A stretch of 64,000 nucleotides of DNA from Parcubacteria group bacterium M6-OD1-1 (lineage in GTDB: Bacteria; Patescibacteriota; Minisyncoccia; GWC2-36-17; M10-OD1-4). Positions 53,392 through 63,076 of this stretch are shown in pieces; positions within the stretch are counted from its first letter, which is position 1, and every line of letters starts with the position of its first letter. Under the pieces are notes generated by a model that saw only the letters and a program-made list of their open reading frames with translations, had not been told where the DNA came from and did not search any database. Made by a program: the position numbers and the translations under genes. The stretch covers positions 2,744-66,743 of the forward strand of contig LSNK01000003.1 of assembly GCA_003056085.1 (NCBI GenBank). Reading direction: 5' to 3'.

Positions 53392-53443
53392 AATTTATGT
53401 TAGGCGACTTTTCTGACGGTCGTTCGATAAATCGTAAATTTAA

Positions 53444-54118
53444 TTATACTTTATTTATAACTACAACAAACTCACCAAGAGTTTTATCATCTTCTAACTT
53501 TTCTAAAACCTCTTTTGCTGTACCCCTGTATGTCGTTTCAAATATTTTAGTAAGCTCACGGCAGAGAACTATTTCTCTTTCTCCTGAAACTTCAGAAAGC
53601 TCCAGAAGCGCCTTCTTTATCCTGTGCTTTGACTCATAAAAAACTATTGTGTCTTTTTCTTTTGAAATATTTCTGAAAAATGTCTGTCTTCCTTTTTTAT
53701 GCGGAGGAAATCCTAAAAACTTAAACTTATCTGCACAAAACCCGGAAATACTCAGAGCGGCCGTTACAGCACTTGGTCCGGGAATAGAAACTATATTTAT
53801 TTCTCCGCCAAAATTTTCAACGATTTTTAAAATTAGAAAACTTCCGGGATCAGATATTGTCGGCGTTCCAGCATCAGACACCAAGGCTAATTCTTTCCCT
53901 TCTTTTAGTAAATCTAAAATTTGATCTATCTTACCAATTTTGCTGTGCTTGTGATAACTTAAAAGAGGTTTTTTTATATCATACGCCATTAAAAGTTTTG
54001 TGGTAACTCTCGTATCTTCACATAAAATAACATCAACGTTACTTAGGGTGTCCAACGCTCTTTGTGTTATGTCTTTTAAATTGCCTATTGGTGTAGCCAC
54101 CACATAAAAAACTGCCAT
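53444..54118 (-). CDS. rsmI: 16S rRNA C1402 2'-O-methyltransferase
   Basis: VATPIGNLKDIT, CEDTR, SDAGTPTISDPG, RELTK. Confidence 0.96.
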   Translation of the reverse strand: MAVFYVVATPIGNLKDITQRALDTLSNVDVILCEDTRVTTKLLMAYDIKKPLLSYHKHSKIGKIDQILDLLKEGKELALVSDAGTPTISDPGSFLILKIVENFGGEINIVSIPGPSAVTAALSISGFCADKFKFLGFPPHKKGRQTFFRNISKEKDTIVFYESKHRIKKALLELSEVSGEREIVLCRELTKIFETTYRGTAKEVLEKLEDDKTLGEFVVVINKV

Positions 54119-54193
54119 AAAAATTAACGCCTCTTTCTAAAAACATCTTTGAGAGATAAAAATATTTATTTTTCTGATTTAAAGAAATTACAA

Positions 54194-55234
54194 TTAACCT
54201 ATCTCTTCTATCTCTTTTTCTTTAGCTTTTGCATAATCATCCAAAAGCTCCCCCACTATTGTTGCGATTGGAACTGAAATTAACATTCCGATTACTCCGC
54301 CAAGCTCCCAACCTATAAGCAAAGAAATGATAATAACTATTGGGTTTAGCCCTGTCATTTTTTTCATTAAAAATGGGACTAAAATATTATTTTCAAATTG
54401 TTGAACTATTAAATAAAATATAAGAGCAAGTAATGCTAAAAATGGATCTACCATCAAAGCAACTAAAACACCTAAAAATGCGGAAAATATCGGGCCAACA
54501 ACAGGAATAATCTCAAAAATACCAGCAACAATACCCAATAAAAGGGCGTACGGGACTCCTAATATAGAAAGTCCTAAAAAGACCACAAAGCCTATAATTA
54601 TGGCTAAAATAAGCTGCCCCTGAAGCCAAAGCCCGAGCTTTCTTTCCACTCTTTTCCATAAATTTAAAATATAATCTTCGTTTTGTCTCGGAGTTATCAT
54701 TCTTATAAAATGTTCGACTCCTTTCTCTTGAGCCGCAAGATAAAAAGATATAACTATAACTATAAAAAATGTAGCAAAACCTCCAAACACACCGGCAATA
54801 GCGCCAAATGCACTTGAAGCAAACTGCTTTATTTTTTCTCCGGAATTAAGCAAGAAATCCTGTCCCGCCTTTGTGTATTCCGGTGATATTTCTATTATCG
54901 TTTTTGAAAATTTAGTTGAAAGAGTTTCATAATAACTTGGCAAAACAGATGCGAGTTGTCTTATTTCGTCTACTATCGTAGGAACAACCAAATAAAGAAG
55001 CAGAATTAAAAATAAAATGGCAACAAGGTAAACAGAAAGAACTCCTAATATTCTTGGTATCTTCTTCTTTTCAAGATAATTTGCCCATGGATATATAGCA
55101 GAGGCTATCACCAAAGAAAGAAATAAAATAATTAAAATATTTTTTATAAGGAAAAGGAAAAGGAAAAAAAGAATTATTAAAATTACTTTAAATATTGTTC
55201 TTGTTGAAATATCTAATATTTGTCTTGGTATCAT
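54194..55234 (-). CDS. AI-2E family transporter
   Basis: Multi-TM; IPVVGP, QQFENNILVP, GGVIGMLISVP. Confidence 0.9.
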   Translation of the reverse strand: MIPRQILDISTRTIFKVILIILFFLFLFLIKNILIILFLSLVIASAIYPWANYLEKKKIPRILGVLSVYLVAILFLILLLYLVVPTIVDEIRQLASVLPSYYETLSTKFSKTIIEISPEYTKAGQDFLLNSGEKIKQFASSAFGAIAGVFGGFATFFIVIVISFYLAAQEKGVEHFIRMITPRQNEDYILNLWKRVERKLGLWLQGQLILAIIIGFVVFLGLSILGVPYALLLGIVAGIFEIIPVVGPIFSAFLGVLVALMVDPFLALLALIFYLIVQQFENNILVPFLMKKMTGLNPIVIIISLLIGWELGGVIGMLISVPIATIVGELLDDYAKAKEKEIEEIG

Positions 55235-55285
55235 TTAATTTAATCTGTTTTTACAAATTGTTTTTTAAGTTAATGTATTAATAGT

Positions 55286-56014
55286 TTATAGTTTTTTGAC
55301 TACTATGTAAAGGTTGGCTCTACCGTTTTTTCCTCCAAAATAACCGCTTTCCTCTATTTTAAACCCTGATTTTTTTACCAATCTTTTAAATTCTCTCTTA
55401 GTAAAAGCATGATAATATCTTTCTGTAATCACTTTTCCTTCTTGATTTTTCCATGGTACAAAAATATCTTTAAAATCTGCCTTATGTTGACCGAGCAGCT
55501 TTTTAATGGCATACTTAAAAATCAGCTTTCTGTATCTTCCCTGCCAAAGATTCCAATTTGTTAAAATCACTCTTCCATTTGGTTTAAGAAGTCTGTGAAA
55601 TTCTTTAAGAAGATTAATTCTCATTTTAGCGGTCGGGATATGATGAAAAGCTGCTATTGAATATATGCTATCAAAAGATTCATCAGAAAAAGAAAGTTTT
55701 AAAGACTCAACAGTTAAAAATTCAATTTTTTTAATTTTGCTTGAAAAAATATCTTGAAATTTTTGTTTTGCAAGATTAATTAACTCCTCCGATGCATCCA
55801 CACCTGTGTAATTAATCTCTTTTTCTAAAAATAAACCGATAAGTCTGCCATTGCCACAGCCAAAATCCAAAACAGAATCCCCGTCTTTTGCATATTTGCC
55901 AAACTGACTTAATTCTCTCCATAAATAAGTCCTTGTCCTGTCAAAATCTTTTGAGATAAGATTATAAGCCTGTTTATTTTTTTCAATTAATTGTTTAGCG
56001 TATTTTTCTTTCAT
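55286..56014 (-). CDS. Class I SAM methyltransferase, Trm9/ALKBH8-like
   Basis: YNLISKDFDRTR..W, DFGCGNGR, SIAAFHHIPT..R, DIFVPW, RYYHAF. Confidence 0.75.
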   Translation of the reverse strand: MKEKYAKQLIEKNKQAYNLISKDFDRTRTYLWRELSQFGKYAKDGDSVLDFGCGNGRLIGLFLEKEINYTGVDASEELINLAKQKFQDIFSSKIKKIEFLTVESLKLSFSDESFDSIYSIAAFHHIPTAKMRINLLKEFHRLLKPNGRVILTNWNLWQGRYRKLIFKYAIKKLLGQHKADFKDIFVPWKNQEGKVITERYYHAFTKREFKRLVKKSGFKIEESGYFGGKNGRANLYIVVKKL

Positions 56015-56179
56015 AACTTACTTTTTAAAAAGATTATTTTAAATAAAATTAGAACTTTTGGATTTGAATGTAGTTTGAGGTAAAAACGAAAAACCGATAG
56101 GAGTCGTACAAAAAGTACGACGAGTGAGATTTTTGATTTTTAACGAAAAAATGCGCCAAATACAAAAATTCTGAATACC

Positions 56180-57757
56180 ATGAAAACAATACTGGAAAAT
56201 TTAATATTGGAAGCCTCATCCCAGAAAAAACTGAGCGAACTTAGCTTTAGCAAGCTAAAAAGAAAACATATGCAGAACCTCGGCATTCACGGGCTTCCTT
56301 CTAATATGAAACTTTTACCAGTTTACCACAGATTAGTAAAGTCAAAAAAAATAAAAGCTAATAAAATTTTAGAATACATTATAAAAAAAAGGAAGATAAG
56401 AACCCTTTCCGGTATTGCTTCTATTACAATTTTAACAAAAAATTGGGGATGTCCTGGAAAATGCAGATTTTGTCCAACAGAAAAAGGTATGCCAAAAAGC
56501 TATCTTTCCAATGAACCTGCTGTTATGCGCGCTATTTTAAATGAGTTTGACCCCTACAAGCAAGTTCAAATGAGATTAGACTCCCTCAAAAATCAAGGAC
56601 ACTCAATAAATAAAATTGAAGTTATAGTTATAGGCGGAACTTGGTCTGCCATTCCGCATGATTATCAAGAGTGGTATATAAAAAGAATATATGAAGCGTT
56701 AAATAAAAAAGAATCAAAAACTCTTGAGATTGCAATGAAAAAAAATGAGACTTCAGAACAAAAATTAGTCGGCTTAACTTTAGAAACGAGACCGGACTGG
56801 ATAACAGAAGAAGAACTAAAAATAATGCGAAAATATGGATGTACGAGAGTAGAACTTGGAGTTCAAAGTATTTATGATGATGTTTTGGACGCATCACAAA
56901 GAGGACACAAAATAGATGCAACAATAAAAGCAACAAGAATGCTTAAAGACTCAGGATTTAAAATCAACTATCATATGATGCCAAATCTCCCGAAGTCAAC
57001 CGTCAAAAAAGATATAAAAATGCTCAAAGATATATTTTTAGATCAAAATTTTCAACCCGATCTTCTGAAAATTTATCCTTGTATGGTTCTTAAAAATACA
57101 AAGCTTTATCAAGATTTTAAAGATGGAAAATTCAAGCCTTACACAGACAAACAATTAATAAAAATAATGAAAGAAGCAAAAGAAAATGTACCTCAATATT
57201 GCAGAATCGTAAGAATCATACGTGATATTCCGGCAACGAGCATAGCCGGAGGAAGCCATACCTCAAATTTGAGAGAATTTGTTCATAAAGAAATGAAAGG
57301 AGAAGGAAAAAAATGCAAATGCATAAGATGCCGAGAAATAATGGGCGATGAATTTGATTTAAAAAATGTAAAAATGATAAGAAGAGATTATGATGCATCC
57401 AATGGAAAAGAAATATTTTTATCTTTTGAAGATACAAAAAATGATAAAATTATTTCTCTTTTAAGATTACGCATCCCTTCTCAGAAAAAAAATGAGATAT
57501 TTCCTGTTTTGTCTAATGCTTCAATTATAAGAGAAATTCATACATACGGAAATGTTGTGCCTGTTTCAAAAACAGATAAAAAAGCTCAACAGCATAAAGG
57601 ATTAGGTAAAAAATTATTAAAAGAAGCGGAAAAAATCACCAAAAAAGAATTTAATTTAAACAAAATAACTGTTATCGCAGCTGTTGGAGTACGAGATTAC
57701 TATAAAAAATTTGGATATAAAACAAAAGACACTTACATGTACAAAACATTAAAATAA
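56180..57757 (+). CDS. elp3: Elp3 tRNA U34 carboxymethyltransferase (radical SAM + KAT)
   Basis: RTLSG, CPGKCRFCP..PKSY, ETRPD, VELGVQS, HMMPNLP, REIHTYG, QHKGLG, GVRDYY. Confidence 0.93.
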   Translation: MKTILENLILEASSQKKLSELSFSKLKRKHMQNLGIHGLPSNMKLLPVYHRLVKSKKIKANKILEYIIKKRKIRTLSGIASITILTKNWGCPGKCRFCPTEKGMPKSYLSNEPAVMRAILNEFDPYKQVQMRLDSLKNQGHSINKIEVIVIGGTWSAIPHDYQEWYIKRIYEALNKKESKTLEIAMKKNETSEQKLVGLTLETRPDWITEEELKIMRKYGCTRVELGVQSIYDDVLDASQRGHKIDATIKATRMLKDSGFKINYHMMPNLPKSTVKKDIKMLKDIFLDQNFQPDLLKIYPCMVLKNTKLYQDFKDGKFKPYTDKQLIKIMKEAKENVPQYCRIVRIIRDIPATSIAGGSHTSNLREFVHKEMKGEGKKCKCIRCREIMGDEFDLKNVKMIRRDYDASNGKEIFLSFEDTKNDKIISLLRLRIPSQKKNEIFPVLSNASIIREIHTYGNVVPVSKTDKKAQQHKGLGKKLLKEAEKITKKEFNLNKITVIAAVGVRDYYKKFGYKTKDTYMYKTLK

Positions 57758-57807
57758 AATGACAACTTTGGGGACGGTCGTCCCCAAAGTTGTCATTTTA
57801 TTTTAAT
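57748..57807. repeat. Perfect palindrome, 29-bp arms, ACG-GT-CGT apex
   Basis: ATTAAAATAAAATGACAACTTTGGGGACG-GT-CGTCCCCAAAGTTGTCATTTTATTTTAAT. Confidence 0.95.
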
Positions 57808-57935
57808 TTAGCAATCCATAAAACATAACTTACAATCAAAGCAAGGAATGAAAAAATCCAGTCGCCCGCAGCTATAAATACTGCCGTTACTATTATTGTT
57901 GTTGAAACCCAGAAATAATATTTTATATCATCCAT
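57798..57935 (-). CDS. 45-aa hydrophobic small protein (below ORF-track cutoff)
   Basis: MDDIKYYFWVSTTIIVTAVFIAAGDWIFSFLALIVSYVLWIAKLK; starts 12 bp after the murD stop. Confidence 0.55.
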   Translation of the reverse strand: MDDIKYYFWVSTTIIVTAVFIAAGDWIFSFLALIVSYVLWIAKLK

Positions 57936-57947
57936 ATTTTTTTAACT

Positions 57948-59357
57948 TTAAATTACTTTTTTTACTGCGGCACGAAACTTATCACCCCTATCAAATTCAT
58001 TTTTAAATACTCCAAAACTTGCGGCTCCGGGAGAAAGCAAGACAACATCCTCCTTCTTAGAATTTTTTAAAGCTTCGGAAACTGCGTCTTCCATATTATC
58101 AACCTCAGCTAAAATATTTTTATACTTTATTTTCCTTAACTCTTTTTTTATCTTTTCTGTTGCGTCCCCATTAAACAAAATAATGCTTTTTGTATACCTT
58201 TTAATATATTTTGCAAACTCTTTATAATCCAATTTTTTATCAGAACCTCCGGCAAGTAAAATTATATTTTTAGTTTTATTAAAATCTTTACTTAAGGTTT
58301 TAAGCGCCACTATAGACGCATCCGGAGAAGTTGCCGTTGTGTCATTGTAAAATTTAACACCTCTCAATTCTCTTAAAAATTCTAATCTATTTTTTACTCC
58401 TGAAAAATCATTAACAACCTTTTGAAGGTCTGATTTTTTAATATTTAAAATACAAGCAACACACAAAGCGGCTAAAATATTTTGTTTGTTATGCTCTCCT
58501 TGTAATTTTGTTTTTTTAATATTTACAACTTTAATTATTCTTAATTTGTCTTGAAAATATACATTATTTTCTTTTAGAAAAACTCCTTTTTCTTTTTTTG
58601 ATAAAGCTTTCTCTGAAAACCAAAAAATATCGCTTTTAGCCTCTTTTGCTAACTTTTTTGTTTCTTTATTATCTTTATTAAGTATTAAAATATCATCTTT
58701 TTTCTGGTATTTAAAAATATTTTTCTTATCATTATAATACTCTTTTAAACTTTTATACTTATCTAAATGATCCGGCATCAAGTTTGTTATGACAGAAATA
58801 TTAGGACTTTTTTTAACAATTTTGAAATTATGCAAAAGCCAACTTGAAAGTTCGGCCATTAAAACATCCTCCTTTTTTATTTTTGAAATAATAGCCAAAG
58901 GAGAGACTCCTATATTCCCGCAAAGATGAATTTTTAACTTTTTTTTCAAAAGCTCATATATTAAAGTTGCTGTTGTGCTTTTTCCTCTTGTGCCTGTAAC
59001 AGCAACGAGAAAATTGTCTTTTTGAGTCAAAAATATACTCCAGTCATTGTGAATTGGGACATTATTTTTTTCTGCAATTTTTAAATACTTAGAATCTTTT
59101 GGAACAGCAGGATTTTTAATTACAATATCACAGTTTTTAAAATCCTCTTCTCTGTGTGAGCCTAAAATATATTTAATATTTTTATATTTTTTTAATTTCC
59201 TAATCTGACTACTCAATTCATCTTTGCTCCTTAAGTCTGTAATTAGAACTCTTGCCTTTTGTTTTGCAAAAAACTCCGCAGCGGCAACACCACTACCCCC
59301 TTCATACAAACCTAATCCCATTATTACAATTTTTTTATCTTTGAAAGAATTATCCAT
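57948..59357 (-). CDS. murD: UDP-N-acetylmuramoyl-L-alanine--D-glutamate ligase
   Basis: VTGTRGKSTT, GNIG, AELSS, NRLE, YNDTTAT, LSPGAAS..NEFDRG. Confidence 0.95.
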   Translation of the reverse strand: MDNSFKDKKIVIMGLGLYEGGSGVAAAEFFAKQKARVLITDLRSKDELSSQIRKLKKYKNIKYILGSHREEDFKNCDIVIKNPAVPKDSKYLKIAEKNNVPIHNDWSIFLTQKDNFLVAVTGTRGKSTTATLIYELLKKKLKIHLCGNIGVSPLAIISKIKKEDVLMAELSSWLLHNFKIVKKSPNISVITNLMPDHLDKYKSLKEYYNDKKNIFKYQKKDDILILNKDNKETKKLAKEAKSDIFWFSEKALSKKEKGVFLKENNVYFQDKLRIIKVVNIKKTKLQGEHNKQNILAALCVACILNIKKSDLQKVVNDFSGVKNRLEFLRELRGVKFYNDTTATSPDASIVALKTLSKDFNKTKNIILLAGGSDKKLDYKEFAKYIKRYTKSIILFNGDATEKIKKELRKIKYKNILAEVDNMEDAVSEALKNSKKEDVVLLSPGAASFGVFKNEFDRGDKFRAAVKKVI

Positions 59358-59368
59358 AAAAACAATCT

Positions 59369-60535
59369 TTAAAACTTAAAAATCTCAACTTCCGATATTG
59401 CTTTTTTTATCATATCCTCCACATTAAGCTTTTTTTCAAGCTGCAAAATCATATCAATCTTTCCATGAGTTTCCGGACTTGTTGGAAGAAAAAGAGAACA
59501 ACAGTCTTCATAGGGCTGCGCTGAAATATCATGAGTATTAATTTCAGAAGCTAAATCTATGATGTCATTTTTATTCTCGCCTATCAGAGGTCTTAAAATC
59601 GGCATTTTAACAGATTCTGCAATAACAAAAATATTATCTAATGTTTGTGAAGCAACCTGCCCAAGAGAGTCTCCTGTAACCAAGGCTTTTATTTCTTCTT
59701 TTTCCGCCAATTTTTCTGCGATACGAAGCATAAATCTTCTATATAAAATAACCCTTTGTGAAGATGGGCATTTTGCTGATATCTCTTTTTGTATATCAAC
59801 AAAAGGAACAAAATACACCTTTGAACCAAATTGGTATTCATCTAATTTTTTAATCAACGCCTTTACATTTTCAGAGGATGCCTTTGTTGTATAAGGATAA
59901 CTGTGAAAATGAATATAAACAACTTTTGCCCCTCGACGCATCATTTTCCAGGAAGCCACAGGAGAATCAAACCCTGCAGATATCAAAGACATAACCCTCC
60001 CGGCTGTTCCGACAGGAAGCCCGGCATAGCCCTTTTCTTTTTTAAAATAAAAATATATATTTTTCTCTCCTACCTCACAAAAACAATTTAATTTGAAATT
60101 TTTTAAATTAACCTTTGCTTTTCCTTCAAACTTTTCAAATAAAAAACTTCCAAGCTCTACCGCTATTTCTTGAGAATTTTTAGGAAAATTTTTATTTGAT
60201 CTTTTTGCTGTTACACGAAAAGTTTCCGGAATGTCTTTTCCCTTCAGCTCATTCCAAATATCTTTTTTCAAAAGTTCAAAATCAAGAGCACTCGCAAATC
60301 CAAAAGAAAAGTTAGCAATGCCAAATACTTTTTTTAGTTTGCTTCGCACCCTCTGTTTGTCTGCCTCAAAATTTAAAAATACTACAATTCTTCCGTGTCT
60401 TCTTTCCACTTTTAAATAATCCTGCTCCTCTAAGCTTTTTTTAATATTTTGAAGCAAAACATTCTCAAAAAAATCCCTGTTTTTTCCTTTCAGGGCTATT
60501 TCATGATAGTGAATTATAGCTACTTCTTTATTCAT
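59369..60535 (-). CDS. thiI: tRNA 4-thiouridine(8) synthase
   Basis: EIALKGKNR, THUMP domain, SAGFDSPVA, GQVASQTL, EDCC. Confidence 0.95.
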   Translation of the reverse strand: MNKEVAIIHYHEIALKGKNRDFFENVLLQNIKKSLEEQDYLKVERRHGRIVVFLNFEADKQRVRSKLKKVFGIANFSFGFASALDFELLKKDIWNELKGKDIPETFRVTAKRSNKNFPKNSQEIAVELGSFLFEKFEGKAKVNLKNFKLNCFCEVGEKNIYFYFKKEKGYAGLPVGTAGRVMSLISAGFDSPVASWKMMRRGAKVVYIHFHSYPYTTKASSENVKALIKKLDEYQFGSKVYFVPFVDIQKEISAKCPSSQRVILYRRFMLRIAEKLAEKEEIKALVTGDSLGQVASQTLDNIFVIAESVKMPILRPLIGENKNDIIDLASEINTHDISAQPYEDCCSLFLPTSPETHGKIDMILQLEKKLNVEDMIKKAISEVEIFKF

Positions 60536-60543
60536 AAAATGAG

Positions 60544-61305
60544 TTACTGATTTTTCTCTCCCAGTTTTTTTTCTATTTTTTCAAGTTTTTCTAAAATTTC
60601 ATCCATTTTAGAAGCTTCGTCTTCGCCTCCTACAAATTTTGACATTTTTAAATTTCCTACACTAATTCCTTCACCTCTTTTCATAAAAAAAGAAACTGCT
60701 CCTGCAACTATAATAGAGAATAAGGCAAAACCCAAAGTCATTAAAAAGATTGCTATTATCCTGCCCCCAAATGTTATAGGAAATTTATCTCCATAACCCA
60801 AGGTCGAAAATGTAACAAATCCCCACCAAACGGCATCTTCAAATGTTTTTATATTAGAAGCAGGATCTATTCTTTCAAAAAATAGAACGACATCTGCGGA
60901 AATTAAAATAATAACTATAGTGACAATAAAAAAATAAAGAAAGTTTAATTTTTGTGATTTAAAAAATTTTAAAAACTCATCAGACACTAAAAGAATTGGT
61001 GTTCTTAAAAGATGGAAAATTTTAAAACTCCTAAAAATTGGAGCTAAAACAACGAGAACATCAAGCCAGTTTTCTCTCATATAACCAAATTTATTTTTTG
61101 CAAGATACAGTTTTGAAAAAAATTCCATAGTAAAAACCAACCATAAAGCAACATAGTAAATATTAAAATAAGCTAAAGTTGCAGGATCAATTCCTATAAA
61201 AAACTCTGCAATAAGCATAGGAATAAGCGGTAATGATGCTATTAAAAGCAAAGAATCAAACCTTTTAATAAACTCTCTTAATTTTACTTTTTTAATATAT
61301 TTCAT
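60544..61305 (-). CDS. 6-TM potassium channel protein
   Basis: DAVWW..STLGYGD selectivity filter; basic S4-like segment. Confidence 0.9.
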   Translation of the reverse strand: MKYIKKVKLREFIKRFDSLLLIASLPLIPMLIAEFFIGIDPATLAYFNIYYVALWLVFTMEFFSKLYLAKNKFGYMRENWLDVLVVLAPIFRSFKIFHLLRTPILLVSDEFLKFFKSQKLNFLYFFIVTIVIILISADVVLFFERIDPASNIKTFEDAVWWGFVTFSTLGYGDKFPITFGGRIIAIFLMTLGFALFSIIVAGAVSFFMKRGEGISVGNLKMSKFVGGEDEASKMDEILEKLEKIEKKLGEKNQ

Positions 61306-61336
61306 AGAAAAATAAATAAACTTTTAATTTATAATT

Positions 61337-63049
61337 TTAAGTAGCCTCATGTCTTGGATGTTCGTGACCGGCTTTTAATCTTTTGTTTAGATTTTCTATA
61401 TGACTGTCTCTTTCTTCTAAAAACTTACTGAGATCAAGTCCATGTTTTTTTATCATTGCAGACACGTGATACCCCCCAAGAAAATGAGGAAGTAAAACAT
61501 AAGTAGCTCCCGCATCATACAACTTCATCGCTTCATCAATCTGATGAGACACAACTGTTATTATAGCATTTTTATTGGACTCTCTGATTTTACTTATAAG
61601 CAGTAAGTTTGTATCTAATTTTGGAATCGTTGAAACAGCCATTTTTATACTTCCAAGATTCAGCTCATTTAGAAGTTCTACATCATCCGCATCTCCATAC
61701 TCACACCTTATGCCGTCATCAGATAATTTTTGAATAATTTCCGGATTATAATCCAAAACTAAAAACTTTTTCTTTATTTTTTTAAATGTTTCCAAAACAT
61801 CGTATCCTATTCTGTCATATCCGAATAAAATTATATCATAAACACAATCCTGATAATTTTCGCTTTCATCTACTTTTTTTCCTTTTCTTTCAAATACACT
61901 TAAGTACTTTGATAAATAAGGATATATCTTATCTGCATACAAAATAAGATATGTAGATCCGGCAATAGTTATCAGCCCAACTGAAGTTACAATGGAAAGA
62001 ACCGCCTCTGTTACATGTCCGATACTAACCCCTAAAGCAACAAAAATTAAAGAAAATTCACTTATTTGAGCAACCGTAAGCCCAGCCATAAAACCCGTCC
62101 TTTTTGTATAGCCAAGCATACCCATCACTATCATAACTATAACAGGATTTCCTATTAGAATAAATGCTGAAAATACCAAAATAGGAATAATGTATTGACT
62201 TATATCCGTAAAAACCAATTGAGACCCGAGCATTATAAAAAATAGAATAATAAAGAAATCGCGTAATGGTCTCATTTTAGAACTTATTTCATAACGATAC
62301 GGCGATGTCGCAAGAGTAATACCGGCAAGAAATGCGCCTATTTCAATAGAAAGACCAAGATAATAAGAAAAAGAAGCCAACGCCAAAGACCAGCTAATGG
62401 CAAATAAAAGCAAAAATTCTTGAGACTTTGCAGCAGCTTTTGTAATTATTGGCAATATATAAAATCCAACAAGAAATATGGCTATTAGAAATCCTATACC
62501 CTTCAACACAACTTCGGACATTATGGACATAACGCTAAAATCTCCCGCGATAGAAGGAACTATCATTAAAATAACAATGACTATCAAATCTTGTATCAAT
62601 AAAAACCCAATGGAAATTTTGCCGTACAAGCTTTTCATATCCCCCTTATCTGAAAGAAGTTTTGTTATTATTATTGTGCTTGAAAATGTTAAAGCTATTG
62701 CAATATAAATTGAGGTTACAATAGGAAAGCCCATAGCCATAGAAATAAGAAATCCGACTATGGAAGTAAATATAACCTGACCTACTCCGGTTATCAAAGA
62801 CACTTTTCCAACATCTTTGATAATTTTTGGATTTAAACTCAATCCAACAGTAAAAAGCAATAACGCTATACCTATGTGCGCAAAGGCTCCGATGGTTTCA
62901 TCTGACTTAATAATATTAAGCATTGATGGACCAACAAAAATTCCCGTTATTATATAACTTATAATAAGAGGTTGCTTAAAAAGCCTAACTATTCCGGCAA
63001 TAATAGCAGTTGCGACAATGATTATACTTATTTCTACAAAAACTTCCAT
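61337..63049 (-). CDS. CPA2 cation:proton antiporter with TrkA-N domain
   Basis: FSST, LLIQD, GAFLAG, QISEF; C-terminal GYDRIG..GDA. Confidence 0.92.
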   Translation of the reverse strand: MEVFVEISIIIVATAIIAGIVRLFKQPLIISYIITGIFVGPSMLNIIKSDETIGAFAHIGIALLLFTVGLSLNPKIIKDVGKVSLITGVGQVIFTSIVGFLISMAMGFPIVTSIYIAIALTFSSTIIITKLLSDKGDMKSLYGKISIGFLLIQDLIVIVILMIVPSIAGDFSVMSIMSEVVLKGIGFLIAIFLVGFYILPIITKAAAKSQEFLLLFAISWSLALASFSYYLGLSIEIGAFLAGITLATSPYRYEISSKMRPLRDFFIILFFIMLGSQLVFTDISQYIIPILVFSAFILIGNPVIVMIVMGMLGYTKRTGFMAGLTVAQISEFSLIFVALGVSIGHVTEAVLSIVTSVGLITIAGSTYLILYADKIYPYLSKYLSVFERKGKKVDESENYQDCVYDIILFGYDRIGYDVLETFKKIKKKFLVLDYNPEIIQKLSDDGIRCEYGDADDVELLNELNLGSIKMAVSTIPKLDTNLLLISKIRESNKNAIITVVSHQIDEAMKLYDAGATYVLLPHFLGGYHVSAMIKKHGLDLSKFLEERDSHIENLNKRLKAGHEHPRHEAT

Positions 63050-63076
63050 ATCCTGATAGTGATTTGAACTATTTTT

